The translations under genes were made by a program, and so were the position numbers. Positions 50,401 to 63,395 of a stretch of DNA of 64,000 bases are shown here, piece after piece. The stretch is from Eledone cirrhosa. Its lineage: Eukaryota. The notes beneath the pieces were generated by a model. That model ran no database searches and had not been told where the DNA came from. It saw nothing but the letters and a program-made list of their open reading frames with translations. Location of the stretch: positions 7,006,001 to 7,070,000 of the forward strand of contig OZ024760.1 of NCBI GenBank assembly GCA_964016885.1, given 5' to 3'. Numbering within the stretch: position 1 is the first letter of the stretch; the number at the start of each line of letters is the position of its first letter.

Positions 50401-50434
<34 letters not shown>

Positions 50435-50856
50435 TGATAGAAAAGCAAGATAATAAAATTGAAGACATTTTATAAATCTTACACATGTTTCGACAAGGAG
50501 ATAAAAAAAAGAAAAGAAAATGAGGAAACATCTAGAGTTCGCTCATTGTGGAAATTTCCAGTGTTTTTGGCCCTCTTGCAGACCGCATGCCTGGTCGCTG
50601 TCGGGCCGGAGTTGGCTGCCTACAGGTGTGAGCCCTCTGGGGCAATGCATTCTCCATCCTGTCAGCGAGAACCCAGAGACGAAGGGCAAGTTAGTGGGTG
50701 GTGTGGAAGATGGTCGATTGGACGTTACTTTTACAACTAAGGTATATTTATCTTATATAGAGTTAGTTTTATCTTAAGAACAAGATCGGCTTATTATAAA
50801 AGCCCTACTTAGTAGAGAGGAACTTCTGAGACATATACAGATGTTTCTATATAATA

Positions 50857-51557
50857 CCAGCAGTGGTACCCGGTGTTGCACGGGATAAGGTATTGTGAAA
50901 TATATAACCGCCTTAGCTAAGCTTAGTATTGGCACCACCACGGCTGGCAAAGAAGTAAGGGTCTGGTGGTACGTACGTAAGCAACACTGTGGCTTAAAAC
51001 GTGAGGAAGAAGTTGTGTGCACTTACCAACAGTTTGGGGAATGAGTGTGAGATTTGTTTTGAGCAAGGGTGGCAGAATAACTGGAGGCAGCAGACATAGA
51101 CATATAAGGGTGCATTCTGGATGCAGAGCGAATTGTAGGATGTGACGTAATGCAGACAGCAAGACATACAGACAGAAAATCCTGCCAAGGTTAACTTTGC
51201 CTTTCATCCTTACGGGGTCGATAAAATAAAGTACCAGTAATGCACTGGGTAATTGCTGGCCTTGTGCCTAACGTAGAAACAATTATATATATGTATCTAT
51301 CTAAAAGACATACAGACGTTATATGTATGTATCTATCTAAAAAGAGAAAGACTAAGAATTATAGAGAGAGATTGTTAAATCGCCTAATGTGGTCCTTAGG
51401 GCATTGAAATTTTGAAATTATTTTTGCTCAGAACACTACAGTGTAATACATAAATATTACGTGTGTAAAGTCGGTTGGGTGCTTCTCAAGTTTTAGGGAT
51501 TCAAACTCACACACACACACACACACAGACAGACATCCTCAGTTTTATATATATAGA
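50857..51557 (-). mobile_element. Non-autonomous Helitron with a nested SINE fragment (51178-51285)
   Basis: Minus strand starts A^TCTATATATATAAA and ends with the hairpin CCCGTGCAACACCGGG followed by CTGG^T. Confidence 0.7.
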
Positions 51558-51656
51558 TAATCTAAGCACTGTCTCAAGAAACTCACCTCTATGTCCCTAG
51601 TTTCACTCAATCCTGTATCATTCTGTATCCTGTAATTCATCATCGTCATCATTTAA

Positions 51657-51870
51657 CCCTTTAGCATTTAAACTGACCATATCTGGCCAGAATTCTCTCA
51701 CCTCCTGTTCAAACTGGCTGTAACTGGCCACTCATACTGATGTTAAGGTATTGTTCTCAAAATAATATCAAAATCTTATAGATTCGATATTATGCGAGAT
51801 AATTATGCAAGGTAATGCCTCTACCACAAAAATACAATAGTAAATATAGAGTAATGTAAATGCTAATGGG
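51657..51870. mobile_element. piggyBac-like MITE
   Basis: Same TIRs and TTAA TSD, inserted in a SINE tail. Confidence 0.8.
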
Positions 51871-52311
51871 TTAATGTTGGCTTTCTCTGCTAACAAGAGT
51901 TGGAGGGATGTACATAGACGAAGTCAGTGCTGAAGCGGGGGCTACTGACCTCCTACATTGGCCGATGAGGTCTGTATCCCTCTTATGTACTGTCATATCA
52001 AGTGCAGAGGAGAAGTGGCTTTTGACACAAACTGAAAGGTCCTCTCAAACTCCTTGATTGGCAAGCTTTCTATGACTGGATGCCCTTCATAACACGAACC
52101 ACTTTACATCTTGTACTGGGTTGGGTGCTTTTATTATGTTGATCACCAGCTAGGGTGAAAGTCATGTCCTTGACACAACTAAAGGGTCCTTCCAACCTTT
52201 TGTAATCAGATATTGGCTTTATATGACAAATCATATTTCATTGTAAGTTTCATTTTTTGTTGATGTTGGCATAGTTCACTTCATCTGAATTTTTACTCTT
52301 ATTATGGATGT

Positions 52312-52343
<32 letters not shown>

Positions 52344-53559
52344 GTGTGTGTGTGTATATATATTATTATTACTATATATATATATATATATATGTGTGTA
52401 TATATATGTATGTGTGTGTTTGAGAGAATGAGGAGCACAACTGGGTAAAGAGGGCACACATTTTATTACTAAGCAAGGACACAAAATAACCAGGTACTAG
52501 CTCTGGATAAATGTGTGGTTTTTTAGGGAGATTTGGGCTGCTATTTCCAGCAGGTATAGCAACCATGTAGAGGTCTGTTCTGGTTCCTCTTTGTATTAAG
52601 TTAATAATAGAATGTTGTAATTAACAAAGTTATTAATGAAGTTGAAAGATGTTTATATTATTATGATAATATAAACCATGATTATATTATTGTAGAGTCA
52701 GATGTCTTCACCCTGCCCCCTTTTTAAAGATGGTTGGGTGGGATATGAGGGATATTTGTGCTTCTATTTCAAATTTCTAGTAAATTGGATGACCCTTGAA
52801 GAGGACCCTTCTGGCTATTCTTTATATAAATATGGTAGGAAATGAGTTAATTAAATTAAAGTAAATGAAATCTGAAAGGTCTCCACAGGTATATATTGCT
52901 ATGCTGAAGGCATTATTATAATGGTATTATTATATCACTTTGTCTATGGCAGACATGTTGGAACATCAAATAGAATGCTTTGTAGTATTTGTTCTGGTTT
53001 TCTACTCTCTCTGAGTTTAAATCCCGCCGAGGTCTAAATGAGTTTCGAACACTCTTTGCTTTACTTAAGACCTTATTGCTGAAGCAATGACAAAAGAAGT
53101 CCCCAGCGTGTCTGCTGAGTCCATGAGTACACCATTTTCAAAGTGACGAAAGAGCTTTGATGTTTATCGAAGAAGAGTTCCACAACAAAGGGAGATAAGG
53201 GGCGAGTGTGTATGCTTTATTGCATGTAAGAAATACAATGGAGGAAATGGAATATGCACAGCCCAAGTTATATTCTTATAAGGTCAAATATGCTTTTCCA
53301 TCTTTTCGAAGTTGATAAAAAAAATGTACCAGTTCAGTACTGGTGTTGATTCTTCCTCTCTCTTTTTCTCATTTCCTTTTTAACACTCCCTTTCTTCTTC
53401 TCTGGAAGAAATCAGCTGTGCTTAGACCTGGAGAAGAGATGGGTTTCACTAGGTTTTAAAATGTCCAAGAAATGCCATGTCTCTATGACTCCACAGTTCC
53501 AAGCATACATACAGATGGTGGTGGATTGGCAGATTTGGCAGGACCTGGGATTAAGTGCT

Positions 53560-54100
53560 AAGTGAACGGAAGTCATGGAGGTGGAAAACCAAAGAAAATA
53601 TAGGTTAAAGTAGTGGAAGGTGATCTTACAAAGCTAAACCTCACCAAGGTGGAAGGAAGTCATGGGGGTGGAAGACCAAGGAATATATAGGTTAAAGTAG
53701 TGGAAGGTGATCTTACAATGTTAAACCTCACCAAGGAAGATATAAGCTGAAGTATTGGTAGGTGATCTTGCTAAACCTCACCAAGGAAGATATAAGCTGA
53801 AGTATTGGTAGGTGATCTTGCTAAACCTCACCAAGGAAGATACAAGCTGAAGTATTGGTAGGTGATCTTACAATGCTAAACCTCACCAAGGAAGATATAA
53901 GCTGAAGTATTGGTAGGTGATCTTGCTAAACCTCACCAAGGAAGATATAAGCTGAAGTATTGGTAGGTGATCTTACAATGCTAAACCCCACCAAGGAGGT
54001 GACAGGAAATGTAACAAGAGGCTAGACTCAGTTTTGAAGTGGACCTGTACAACCCACACAAGCATGGAAAAACAGCTATAAAAAGAATGATGATGATAAT
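53560..54100 (+). repeat. RTE 3' fragment with an internal 50/56-bp tandem amplification
   Basis: Unit 'aaacctcaccaaggaagatataagctgaagtattggtaggtgatctt(acaat)gct', followed by an RTE-like tail and (GAT)n. Confidence 0.7.
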
Positions 54101-55277
54101 AAAGATGTTTATTATGACTCATTCATTCCACATTAATTATTGTTATGCCATAAGTTACCTGAACAGCTCGCTTTCTTAAGAAATACATTTGCACCTACTT
54201 TAAAAAAAATTGATTTGCTTATTTATTCATTTGTTTTTGTTTTATTTATTTTCAGTTTGCTTTTTAAGTGTTTGGTTTATTACATAGGTCATACTGCAAG
54301 ACCAGTATGACCTATGTGTGGGGGTGTATTTAGTACAACCAATTAGGAGAGAGATAGAGCTGGAAAGAGATGCAAAGAAATGCCATAGAGAGTAGCAGAG
54401 AGAAACAAAGAGAGATAGGGAGACAGAGAAAGGGGGAGAGAGAGAGAGACAAAGAAAGCAAAGGAAGGAAAGAGAAAGAGACTATAAATTTAGAAAGCTT
54501 GTTGGGAATGAAAATAACTTGCTGTAACAGTTTGAGATTTTGTTGGGGACAATTGCTCTGAGCTGACAGTAAATTGTTTAGTACATACATCAATCCGTCA
54601 GTATATGTATGTATATATATATATATATATATATATAGCCGCCTCAAGGCTTTGATTTGCTTTAACAGATCTTTGGAACATTAAGCTTTGTGCTGAGTCA
54701 TTTGCTCCAGTGTTACTGTATGTGTCATTCTTACATCTCAGCAGGACTATGTGTATATATCATATGACCTTCAGTCTTTAGCAAGCTTTAGACTCCTAAC
54801 CCTTTAGCATTTAAACTGGCTGTGTCCGGTCAGAATTCTCTCACCTCTTTCTGTTCAAACTGGTCATAACTGGCTGCTCATACTTATGTTAAGGTATTGT
54901 TCTCGAAATAAATGATACCAAAATCTCGTAGATTCGATGTTATGTGAGGTAAACTGTTTACTGTGAAAATACAATAGTAAATATAGAGTAATGTAAATGC
55001 TAACCCTTTAGCATTTAAACCAGCTATATCCGGCCAGAATTCTTTCACCTCTTTCTGTTCAAACCAGCCTTTACCAGCTACTCATACTTATTTTAAGGTA
55101 TTGTTCTCAAAATGAATATCAAAATCTTGTAGATTTGATATTATGTGAGGTTAAAGCCTTTACCGTGAATATATAATAGTAAATATAGATTTCATATTAA
55201 ACCTTTTGAAACTGCCCCCTGGTTTTATGATATTGTTTATTTTATTGTGTTTATATATTTTTAAAAGCTTTGTCATA

Positions 55278-55902
55278 ATTTTATGTAATGACCGAAAGAA
55301 TGTGGTTGCAAATGCAAGCGGCCAAAATGGGGTTCCTCCGAAGGGTCTTTGGTGTAACATTATTTGATAGTGGCGGTGGATTGGCAGTATCGGTAGAGGG
55401 TCGGACGCCATGCTTTCCAGCATAGTTACGTCCCTTTACGATCTGAGTTCAAATCCCGCCGAGGTTGACTTTGCCTTTCATCCTTACGGGGTCGATAAAA
55501 TAAAGTACCAGTAATGCACTGGGTAATTGCTGGCCTTGTGCCTAAAGTAGAAACAATTATTTGATAGTGCATAACTCAGAGATCAGAGAGTCACTTCAAG
55601 TAGAGCTGCTACTTCTCCAAATTGGGAGATCACAGCTCTGATACTATTGACATGAGGTTAAAATGTCTCAGGAAAGACTCGCTGGACAGATTTTACAGAC
55701 AAAACCAGCTGGCAGGAGAATTAGGTAGACCCTGACCAAGATGGTTGGGTAACATCCATGAGCTCAGGCTTGTCTCACTTGGGGATCCAGCTGGCTCTAT
55801 TGGAGAGTGACAGTTGCTTCTGACAGGATCCTCTGGAAGGCGTGTTTGAGGACTCTGCTGCTATGACCATCCAAGAAATAAATGGATGAAGAAGCAGGGA
55901 AC
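55278..55902 (+). pseudogene. Decayed RTE-clade LINE 3' fragment interrupted by a SINE
   Basis: MTERM..QAAKMGFLRRVFGVTLFD..NSEIRESLQVE..RSQL. Flanking direct repeat TTTAAAAGCTT(T)GTCAT. Confidence 0.75.
55372..55555 (+). mobile_element. Young tRNA-derived SINE, full length
   Basis: A and B boxes, TSD ATTATTTGATAGTG. Confidence 0.9.
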
Positions 55903-56103
55903 TTTAAAAGCTTGTCATTTGTATGTACCATATATACTCAAATATAAGCTGTATTTCATATCTGAGAAATGGGCAAAAATCCAAATCCCATTTATAGGCT
56001 GAGGCAGTTAATCAACACATTTAGATGGCGTATATAAGCCGACCCCTCACCCCAATTCTACCATCAATTTTTGTGGTCACATATTCAGTTATATTTGAGT
56101 ATA

Positions 56104-56460
56104 CAGTGTACCCCTGGCATTCGTGGCCCCGACATTTGCGGAATTTTCCTTAGGATCTAACTAATAATTGTTTGTGGAAACTACGACATATTCGTGGAAT
56201 TGTAAATATCTTCCACGATTTTTTTTAATGGCTTTTTTTGTAGTAATATATACTTTTTAACGCTAAATTATTAACAATATACTGTATTTGCCTGCTTATT
56301 GGACTTCGCATAAGACACTCTCTCTTTTTTTTTATTATATTTTGCGTTATATTTTGACGTTTATAGGCATTTTTATGGACCACGGCCTATATTTGCTGTT
56401 TTTCACTCTTCGCGGGTGGTCTAGGAATGCAACACCTGCGAATACCGGCGGAATACAGTG
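56104..56460. mobile_element. pogo/Tigger-like MITE
   Basis: Starts TA-CAGTGTACCCC; reverse homolog of 11205-11647. Confidence 0.65.
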
Positions 56461-57029
56461 TGCACGTGTTTATGTATGTCTTCATTCCCAAACCACCATC
56501 AAGTCAATGATTCTTTTTACCATTCTCAAAAGTATGAATTAGTGTCATGAAGGGCATCGTGCTGAGAAATTTATTATGGTTGACTCATCAGTCTATATAT
56601 TTTACTTCAACATAAGAAAATATTAAAATATTAATATAGTTCACATTAGGCTCCACAATTATGTCTAATTAACTTAATTATCAAATTACTTGAAATTATT
56701 TCACCTCAGTGTTTAATCAACTTGTATTTATTATTAATCTTGTTTAAGTCCAAAGCTGTGAACCAGCACCTGAAAACCAAACTTAAGAGCAATTTCCATT
56801 ATTTTTTTTGTTGTTCAATGTAATCTTTTTAACATCTACCCACCCTCATTAAATTATATCTAGCTGACTTTATCTCACAAAATATTAAATATTTATAAGG
56901 TGTTGCTATTTTATCTGATTTTCACCTGCTTCAAACATGTTCAAAAGCCCATTCAGGTTCTTATCATTGTAATTTAATTAATTGTATATTTATTTATTTA
57001 TATACTTATTTACTTATTTATTCTTTTAT

Positions 57030-57332
57030 CTCCGAAGAAGTTTGTCGGCTGAAAAGTTCATAGGCTGACCAAGATACTCTCATGGAATGACAAAATGAGG
57101 TTTATTTTTCAACATAGTCATTGAAAGAAATAATACATTTATTAATAAGAAGAGTTGAAATGGATGCATGCAATATTTCACAGCTCTAGCATCTCCCCTT
57201 TATATTCAGCCTATGATCCCTGGAAAGAAACAATGCAGTTATTAATAAGAGTTGAAATTAATGCATGCAAGATTTCACAGCTCTAGCATCACTACTTCAT
57301 AGTCAGCCTATGAACTTTTCACCTCACCCTCA
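57030..57332. mobile_element. Mariner-like MITE
   Basis: Inverted ends 'tgaaaagttcataggctgac' / 'gtcagcctatgaacttttca'. Confidence 0.65.
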
Positions 57333-57549
57333 TATTTATATATTTATTCTATGACCAAATGAAAGACAGCGGTTTGTTTCATGTGTAATAAAAGTTTTGA
57401 GTTAGGAATTCCTGTAATATATAACGTGGTTGGCGTTAGGAATGGCATCCAGCTGTAGAGTAGCAGGCCAAGATATAGATCTGTATGAGCAGGACATTGA
57501 CACTCACCTGGATTGTTTCACAATAGCAACTGCACCTACAAAATAACTT

Positions 57550-59145
57550 CAACCTCACTACAACTACAACCTCAACTACAACTACAACCTCAACTACAAC
57601 TACAACCTCAACTACAACTACAACCTCAATTACAACTACAACCTCAATTACAACTACAACCTCAATTACAACTACAACCTCAATTACAACTACAACCTCA
57701 ATTACAACTACAACCTCAATTACAACTACAACCTCAATTACAACTACAACCTCAATTACAACTACAACCTCAATTACAACTACAACCTCAATTACAACTA
57801 CAACCTCAATTACAACTACAACCTCAATTACAACTACAACCTCAATTACAACTACAACCTCAATACAACCACAACCTCAATACAACCACAACCTCAATAC
57901 AACCACAACCTCAATACAACCACAACCTCAATACAACCACAACCTCAATACAACCACAACCTCAATACAACCACAACCTCAATACAACCACAACCTCAAT
58001 ACAACCACAACCTCAATACAACCACAACCTCAATACAACCACAACCTCAATACAACCACAACCTCAATACAACCACAACCTCAATACAACCACAACCTCA
58101 ATACAACCACAACCTCAATACAACCACAACCTCAATACAACCACAACCTCAATACAACCACAACCTCAATACAACCACAACCTCAATACAACCACAACCT
58201 CAATACAACCACAACCTCAATACAACCACAACCTCAATACAACCACAACCTCAATACAACCACAGCCTCAATACAACTACAACCTCAACCTCAACTACAA
58301 CCTCAACCTCAACTACAACCTCAACCTCAACTACAACCTCAACCTCAACTACTACAACTACAACCTCAATACAACTACAACCTCAATACAACTACAACCT
58401 CAATACAACTACAACCTCAATACAACTACAACCTCAATACAACTACAACCTCAATACAACTACAACCTCAATACAACTACAACCTCAACTACAACTACAA
58501 CCTCAACTACAACTACAACCTCAATACAACTACAACCTCAATACAACTACAACCTCAACTACAACCTCAACTACAACCTCAACTACAACCTCAACTACAA
58601 CCTCAACTACAACCTCAACTACAACCTCAACTACAACCTCAACTACAACCTCAACTACAACCTCAACTACAACTACAACCTCAACTACAACTACAACCTC
58701 AACTACAACTACAACCTCAACTACAACTACAACCTCAACTACAACTACAACCTCAACTACTACAACCTCAACTACAACCTCAACTACAACCTCAACTACA
58801 ACCTCAACTACAACCTCAACTACAACCTCAACTACAACCTCAACTACAACCTCAACTACAACCTCAACTACAACCTCAACTACAACCTCAACTACAACCT
58901 CAACTACAACCTCAACTACAACCTCAACTACAACCACCTCAACTACTACAACTACAACCTCAACTACAACCACCTCAACCACAACCACCTCAACTACTAC
59001 AACTACAACCTCAACCACAACCTCAACTACAACCTCAACCACAACCTCAACCACAACCTCAACCACAACCTCAACCACAACCTCAACCACAACCTCAACC
59101 ACAACCTCAACCACAACCTCAACCACAACCTCAACCTCAACTACA
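57550..59145. repeat. CAA-based minisatellite with 18-, 17- and 12-bp blocks
   Basis: CAATTACAACTACAACCT changes to CAATACAACCACAACCT, then CAACTACAACCT. Confidence 0.95.
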
Positions 59146-59357
59146 TTAACCCTTTACCATTTACATTACTCTATATATACTATTATATTTTCACAGTAAA
59201 GTATTTATCTCACATGATATTGAATCTATGAGAGTTTGGTATTATTTTCAGAACAATACCTTAACATTAGTATGAGCGGCTTGTTAAAACTGGCTTGAAC
59301 AGTAAATTATTGTTTAGTATGTACATCAGTCAGTCAGTCAGTATATGTATGTATGTA

Positions 59358-60142
59358 TATAACTTTGAATAACTTTGAAATGTTTTGGCCAGTATTGGCC
59401 CAGGCCATGTCTAACTTAATAGCACCACCTGGCGAAGTCTTTCAATTCAGGATTTGGGCACCATGGCCCATTCGAGAAGAGAATTACTGTTTGCGGAGAC
59501 ATATCCGGGTGTCGGTGGTTTGTCCGGGATTACTTGGAGGAATTTGTCCAAAGACTTCTTGAATTTTGTGTGGTCAGTTTCTGTTTTGACGTGTCCTGGT
59601 GTGATGTTGAAGAGAGCAGGGCCGATTGAGGTGAAATAATTGTGCCGTATTGTTGTTATGAGTTGCGATTTAGATTTTTGAATGGGACGGATAGCACGGG
59701 GCCCAAGCCTTGGGTGTATCTTGAAGGCGATGCCAACATCATTTGGGCAGTGATGATGGAACATTTTCCACATCATGCAGATAATATAACGCTCACGGCG
59801 ACGTTGGAGTGAGTAAAGTTTCAGGTTTTCTAATCGACCCCAGTAGTCGAGGTCTGACATGCCATCTATCTTTTTCGTGATTGCCCTTTGAGGAGCTTCA
59901 AGTTTCATGATACTTTGTTTCGTGTGGGGAGACCACAGTGGACAACAGTATTCAAGGTGTGGTCGGGCAAAAGTAGAGAAGAGAAGGATAATGGTGCGGG
60001 AATCTCTCGACTGGAAGGTTCTGAGGATCCAGGAACACATTCTGCGGGCCATGTCAACTTTGCTGCTTATATGCGTGGTCCAGCTTATGTTGCTGTCCAC
60101 GGTTACTCCCAAGTCTCTGATGTTGTTAGATGCCACGAGAGT
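59358..60142 (-). pseudogene. CR1-clade LINE, 5'-truncated, with an uninterrupted RT C-terminal frame
   Basis: IRDLGVTVDSNISWTTHI..RPHLEYCCPLWSP..YSLQRRRERY to a stop at 59447. The 3' UTR has a hairpin and a (TTCAAAGTTA)2 tail. Confidence 0.9.
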
Positions 60143-61424
60143 TATATATATATATTTGTTGAAGGCACATGGCTTAGTGGTTAGAGCATTGGCCTTGCAA
60201 TCAAAAGGTTGTGAGTTCAATTCTCAGACCGGGTGGTGTGTTGTTTCCTTGAGCAAGACACTTTATTTCACATTGCTCCAGTTTACTCAGCTGTAGAAAT
60301 AAGATGATAGGGACCAGGGTCCACTGCAAAGTGGTCGTGGAGGCGCCACGGCAAAAAAGCACCTAGCACTCACTGTAAATGAGGTTGGTGTTAGGAAGGG
60401 CATCCAGCTGTAGAAATCAAGCCAGAATCGGTTCCCGTCCCACCCTTGCAAGCAGGGAAAAAGGGGACGTAAAATGAAATATAGCCTCCTCACGGGTTTG
60501 ATTTGAGAGAATTCTGGCCGGATATGGCCGGTTTAAATGCTAAAGGGTTAAATCTCAGTTGTGAAAGTATTCTTTGATTCATGCTATTAAATACCTTTCA
60601 ACCAGTTAGCAGAATGGTAAAATGATATTTGGAATTAGTAATGTTGGCATGTGTTCAACTCTATAGAGATTAGGTAAATTACGGAATCGGAAGAAACCTG
60701 GCAAAAGTCAGTGCCAACCAGAATGGCTAATAAAACCCAAAGACAGTTTGTAGGTGTCAATAAAACTGGTTACCATTGATGTGTTACACTTTCTTCACTT
60801 ACCATCGCAGCTAACTGGAAACAGTCTTTGAATTCTGTGAAAATTGTTTTGATTAACGCTTCAGCATTTAAACTGGCTGTATCCGCCGGCCAGAATTCTC
60901 TCATCTCTTTCAGTTCAAACCAGTTGTAACCAGCCGCTCATATTGATATTAAAGTATTCTCGAAATAAACAATATCAAAATCTCATAGATTTGATATCAT
61001 GTAAGATAATTATGTGAGGTAAAGCCTTTACCATAAAAATACAATAGTAAATATAGAGTAATGTAAATGCTAAAGAGTTAAACTGGCTGTATCCTGCCAG
61101 AATTCTCTCACCTCTTTCTGTTGAAACTAGTCATAACTGGCCACTCATACTGATGTTAAGGTATTGTTCTCAAAATAAATAACATCAAAATCTTGTAGAT
61201 CTGATATTATGTGAGATAAAGCATTTACCACAAAAATACAATAGTACAGTGTACCCCTGGCATTTCATCGTCCCCAACGGCTTTGTCACATTTGAACTCT
61301 TTAATTGCTCCTGCGACTTCAGCCTCTGAGAGATTAGTCACTGCTCCCAGATGCACCTTGTGTAAATCTAAAGATGCTGTTGTGATCGGGCTTAGTAATA
61401 ATTTTAACAGGATATAGTTTAAAT

Positions 61425-61670
61425 GTGATGTGTATGGCTGATAATCGCTGGGTAAAGAAATGCCAGGAAATCACAGGAGTAGAAAGTCGCAGTTGAGGTA
61501 GACCAAAGAAGACCCGGGCGGAGGTGGGGAAAACTGATCTCAAATCGCTGAGACTCACAGAGGAGATAACGAAGCAATGAGACAATTGGAGAAATGCTGT
61601 GCTGAAAAGGACGCGTCCAACCCATGCAAGTGTGGAATTACAGACGTAAAAACACTGATGATGATGATAA
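61425..61670 (+). mobile_element. RTE-clade LINE 3' end
   Basis: MADNRWVKKC..GRPKKT..DLKSL..WRNAV, tail 'ccaacccatgcaag' and (GAT)n. Confidence 0.7.
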
Positions 61671-61946
61671 GTCTGTCTCGAGCCTGGATGCTCATCAAGC
61701 TGGTGCTTATCTTGGTTTCCTTGGCATTAAGCAACTAAGAGTACACAACTCCCTCCTGGACAGGACGCCAGTCCATCAGAGGGTTAAACTCCTATCTATT
61801 GAGGGTACTCATTTTCAGCTGAGTATAGATAGTGTAGTAATATGAAATGAAGTGTCTTTCTCAATAACACAACACAGTCTGGAAATGGAACCCACAACAT
61901 TATCATTGTAAGTCCAATACCCTTAGAACTAGCCACCGACTGTCTT

Positions 61947-62320
61947 GGACTACATTATCTAATGTACAGTATAGCAGTTAGTGTTGGCCATCAGACATAG
62001 TGTTCCTAGGACTACATTATCTAATGTACAGTATAGCAGTTAGTGTTGGCCATCAGACATAGTGTTCCTAGGACTACATTATCTAATGTACAGTATAGCA
62101 GTTAGTGTTGGCCATCAGACATAGTGTTCCTAGGACTATATTATCTAATGTACAGTATAGCAGTTAGTGTTGGCCATCAGACATAGTGTTCCTAGGACTA
62201 CATTATCTAATGTACAGTATAGCAGTTAGTGTTGGCCATCAGACATAGTGTTCCTAGGACTACATTATCTAATGTACAGTATAGCAGTTAGTGTTGGCCA
62301 TCAGACATAGTGTATCTAGG
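61947..62320. repeat. 62-bp minisatellite, 6 copies
   Basis: Near-perfect unit 'ggactacattatctaatgtacagtatagcagttagtgttggccatcagacatagtgttccta'. Confidence 0.95.
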
Positions 62321-62748
62321 AGCAACTTGAAAGTGTTTTGCTCAAGAACACAACACACAACCCAGTCCAGGAATCAAACTCCTGACTTTATGATCGTAAA
62401 TCGAACACCCTTACCACAAGGCCAAGCGTCTCCATGATGATAATGCTAGGGATGTAGTTTAAGTTATTTGGTTGCTATTTCTAGCAGGTTGAATGACCGT
62501 GTTCATGACTTGCTTGTCAACAGTATGAAAATAATAATCTTAGCAGGATATAGTTTAAATAAGGATTTAGTTGTAGTTATTTCGACAGAAAAGCACAAGA
62601 AGCACTTGTCAACACAATAGAACATGTTCACTTAGCAACCTAGAATAAGATATGCGACTGGTAATTATATCCTGACATCATCATCATCATCATCATCGTC
62701 TTAGGTCCGCTTGCATAGGTTGGACGAGTTTTTTTTCAGCACTACTTC

Positions 62749-63395
62749 CAGTCCACACTGTAAAGTGGTTGTGTTGGTGTCATGACAAAAAGCGCCCAGG
62801 CCATACTGTAAAGTGGTTGTGTTGGTGTCATGACAAAAAGCGCCCAGGCCATACTGTAAAGTAGTTGTGTTGGTGTCATGACAAAAGACGCCCAGTCCAC
62901 ACTGTAATGTGGTCATGTTGGTGTCATGACAAAAGGCACCCAGTCCACACTGTAATGTGGTCATGTTGGTGTCATGACAAAAGACGCCCAGTCCACACTG
63001 TAATGTGGTCATGTTGGTGTCATGACAAAAGGCACCCAGTCCACACTGTAATGTGGTCATGTTGGTGTCATGACAAAAGACGCCCAGTCCACACTGTAAT
63101 GTGGTCATGTTGGTGTCATGACAAAAGGCACCCAGTCCACACTGTAACGTGGTCATGTTGGTGTCATGACGAAAAGCACCCAGTCCACACTGTAACGTGG
63201 TCATGTTGGTGTCATGACAAAAAGCACCTAGTCCACGCTGTAATGTGGTCATGTTGGTGTCATGACAAAAGGCACCCAGTCCACACTGTAATGTGGTCAT
63301 GTTGGTGTCATGACGAAAAGCACCTAGTCCACGCTAATGTGCTGGCATCATGATAAAATGAATGCTCCCAGTACATGCTGTAAAGTGGTTGGTGT
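62749..63395 (+). repeat. 48-bp SINE-derived minisatellite, ~13 copies
   Basis: Unit 'cagtccacactgtaatgtggtcatgttggtgtcatgacaaaaggcacc', continuing into the SINE tail 'gggcatccagccgtaaaaacc'. Confidence 0.9.

Noticed and set aside
53108-53163. HHR-like CTGCTGA-GTC..GAC-GAAA-GAGCTT-TG
   Set aside because: Two invariant positions are violated (A6C and G at 17) and helix I is mostly wobble pairs; could be chance.
56545-56595. Minus-strand CTGATGA-GTCA..TGAC
   Set aside because: No GAAA follows, and the region overlaps a SINE tail fragment.
57513-59231. 572-aa Q/P/N-rich ORF
   Set aside because: Minisatellite whose 17-bp units cycle through frames; it ends in a MITE.
62701-63353. Cys/His-rich repeat ORFs resembling metal-binding proteins
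   Set aside because: By-product of a 48-bp SINE-derived array.
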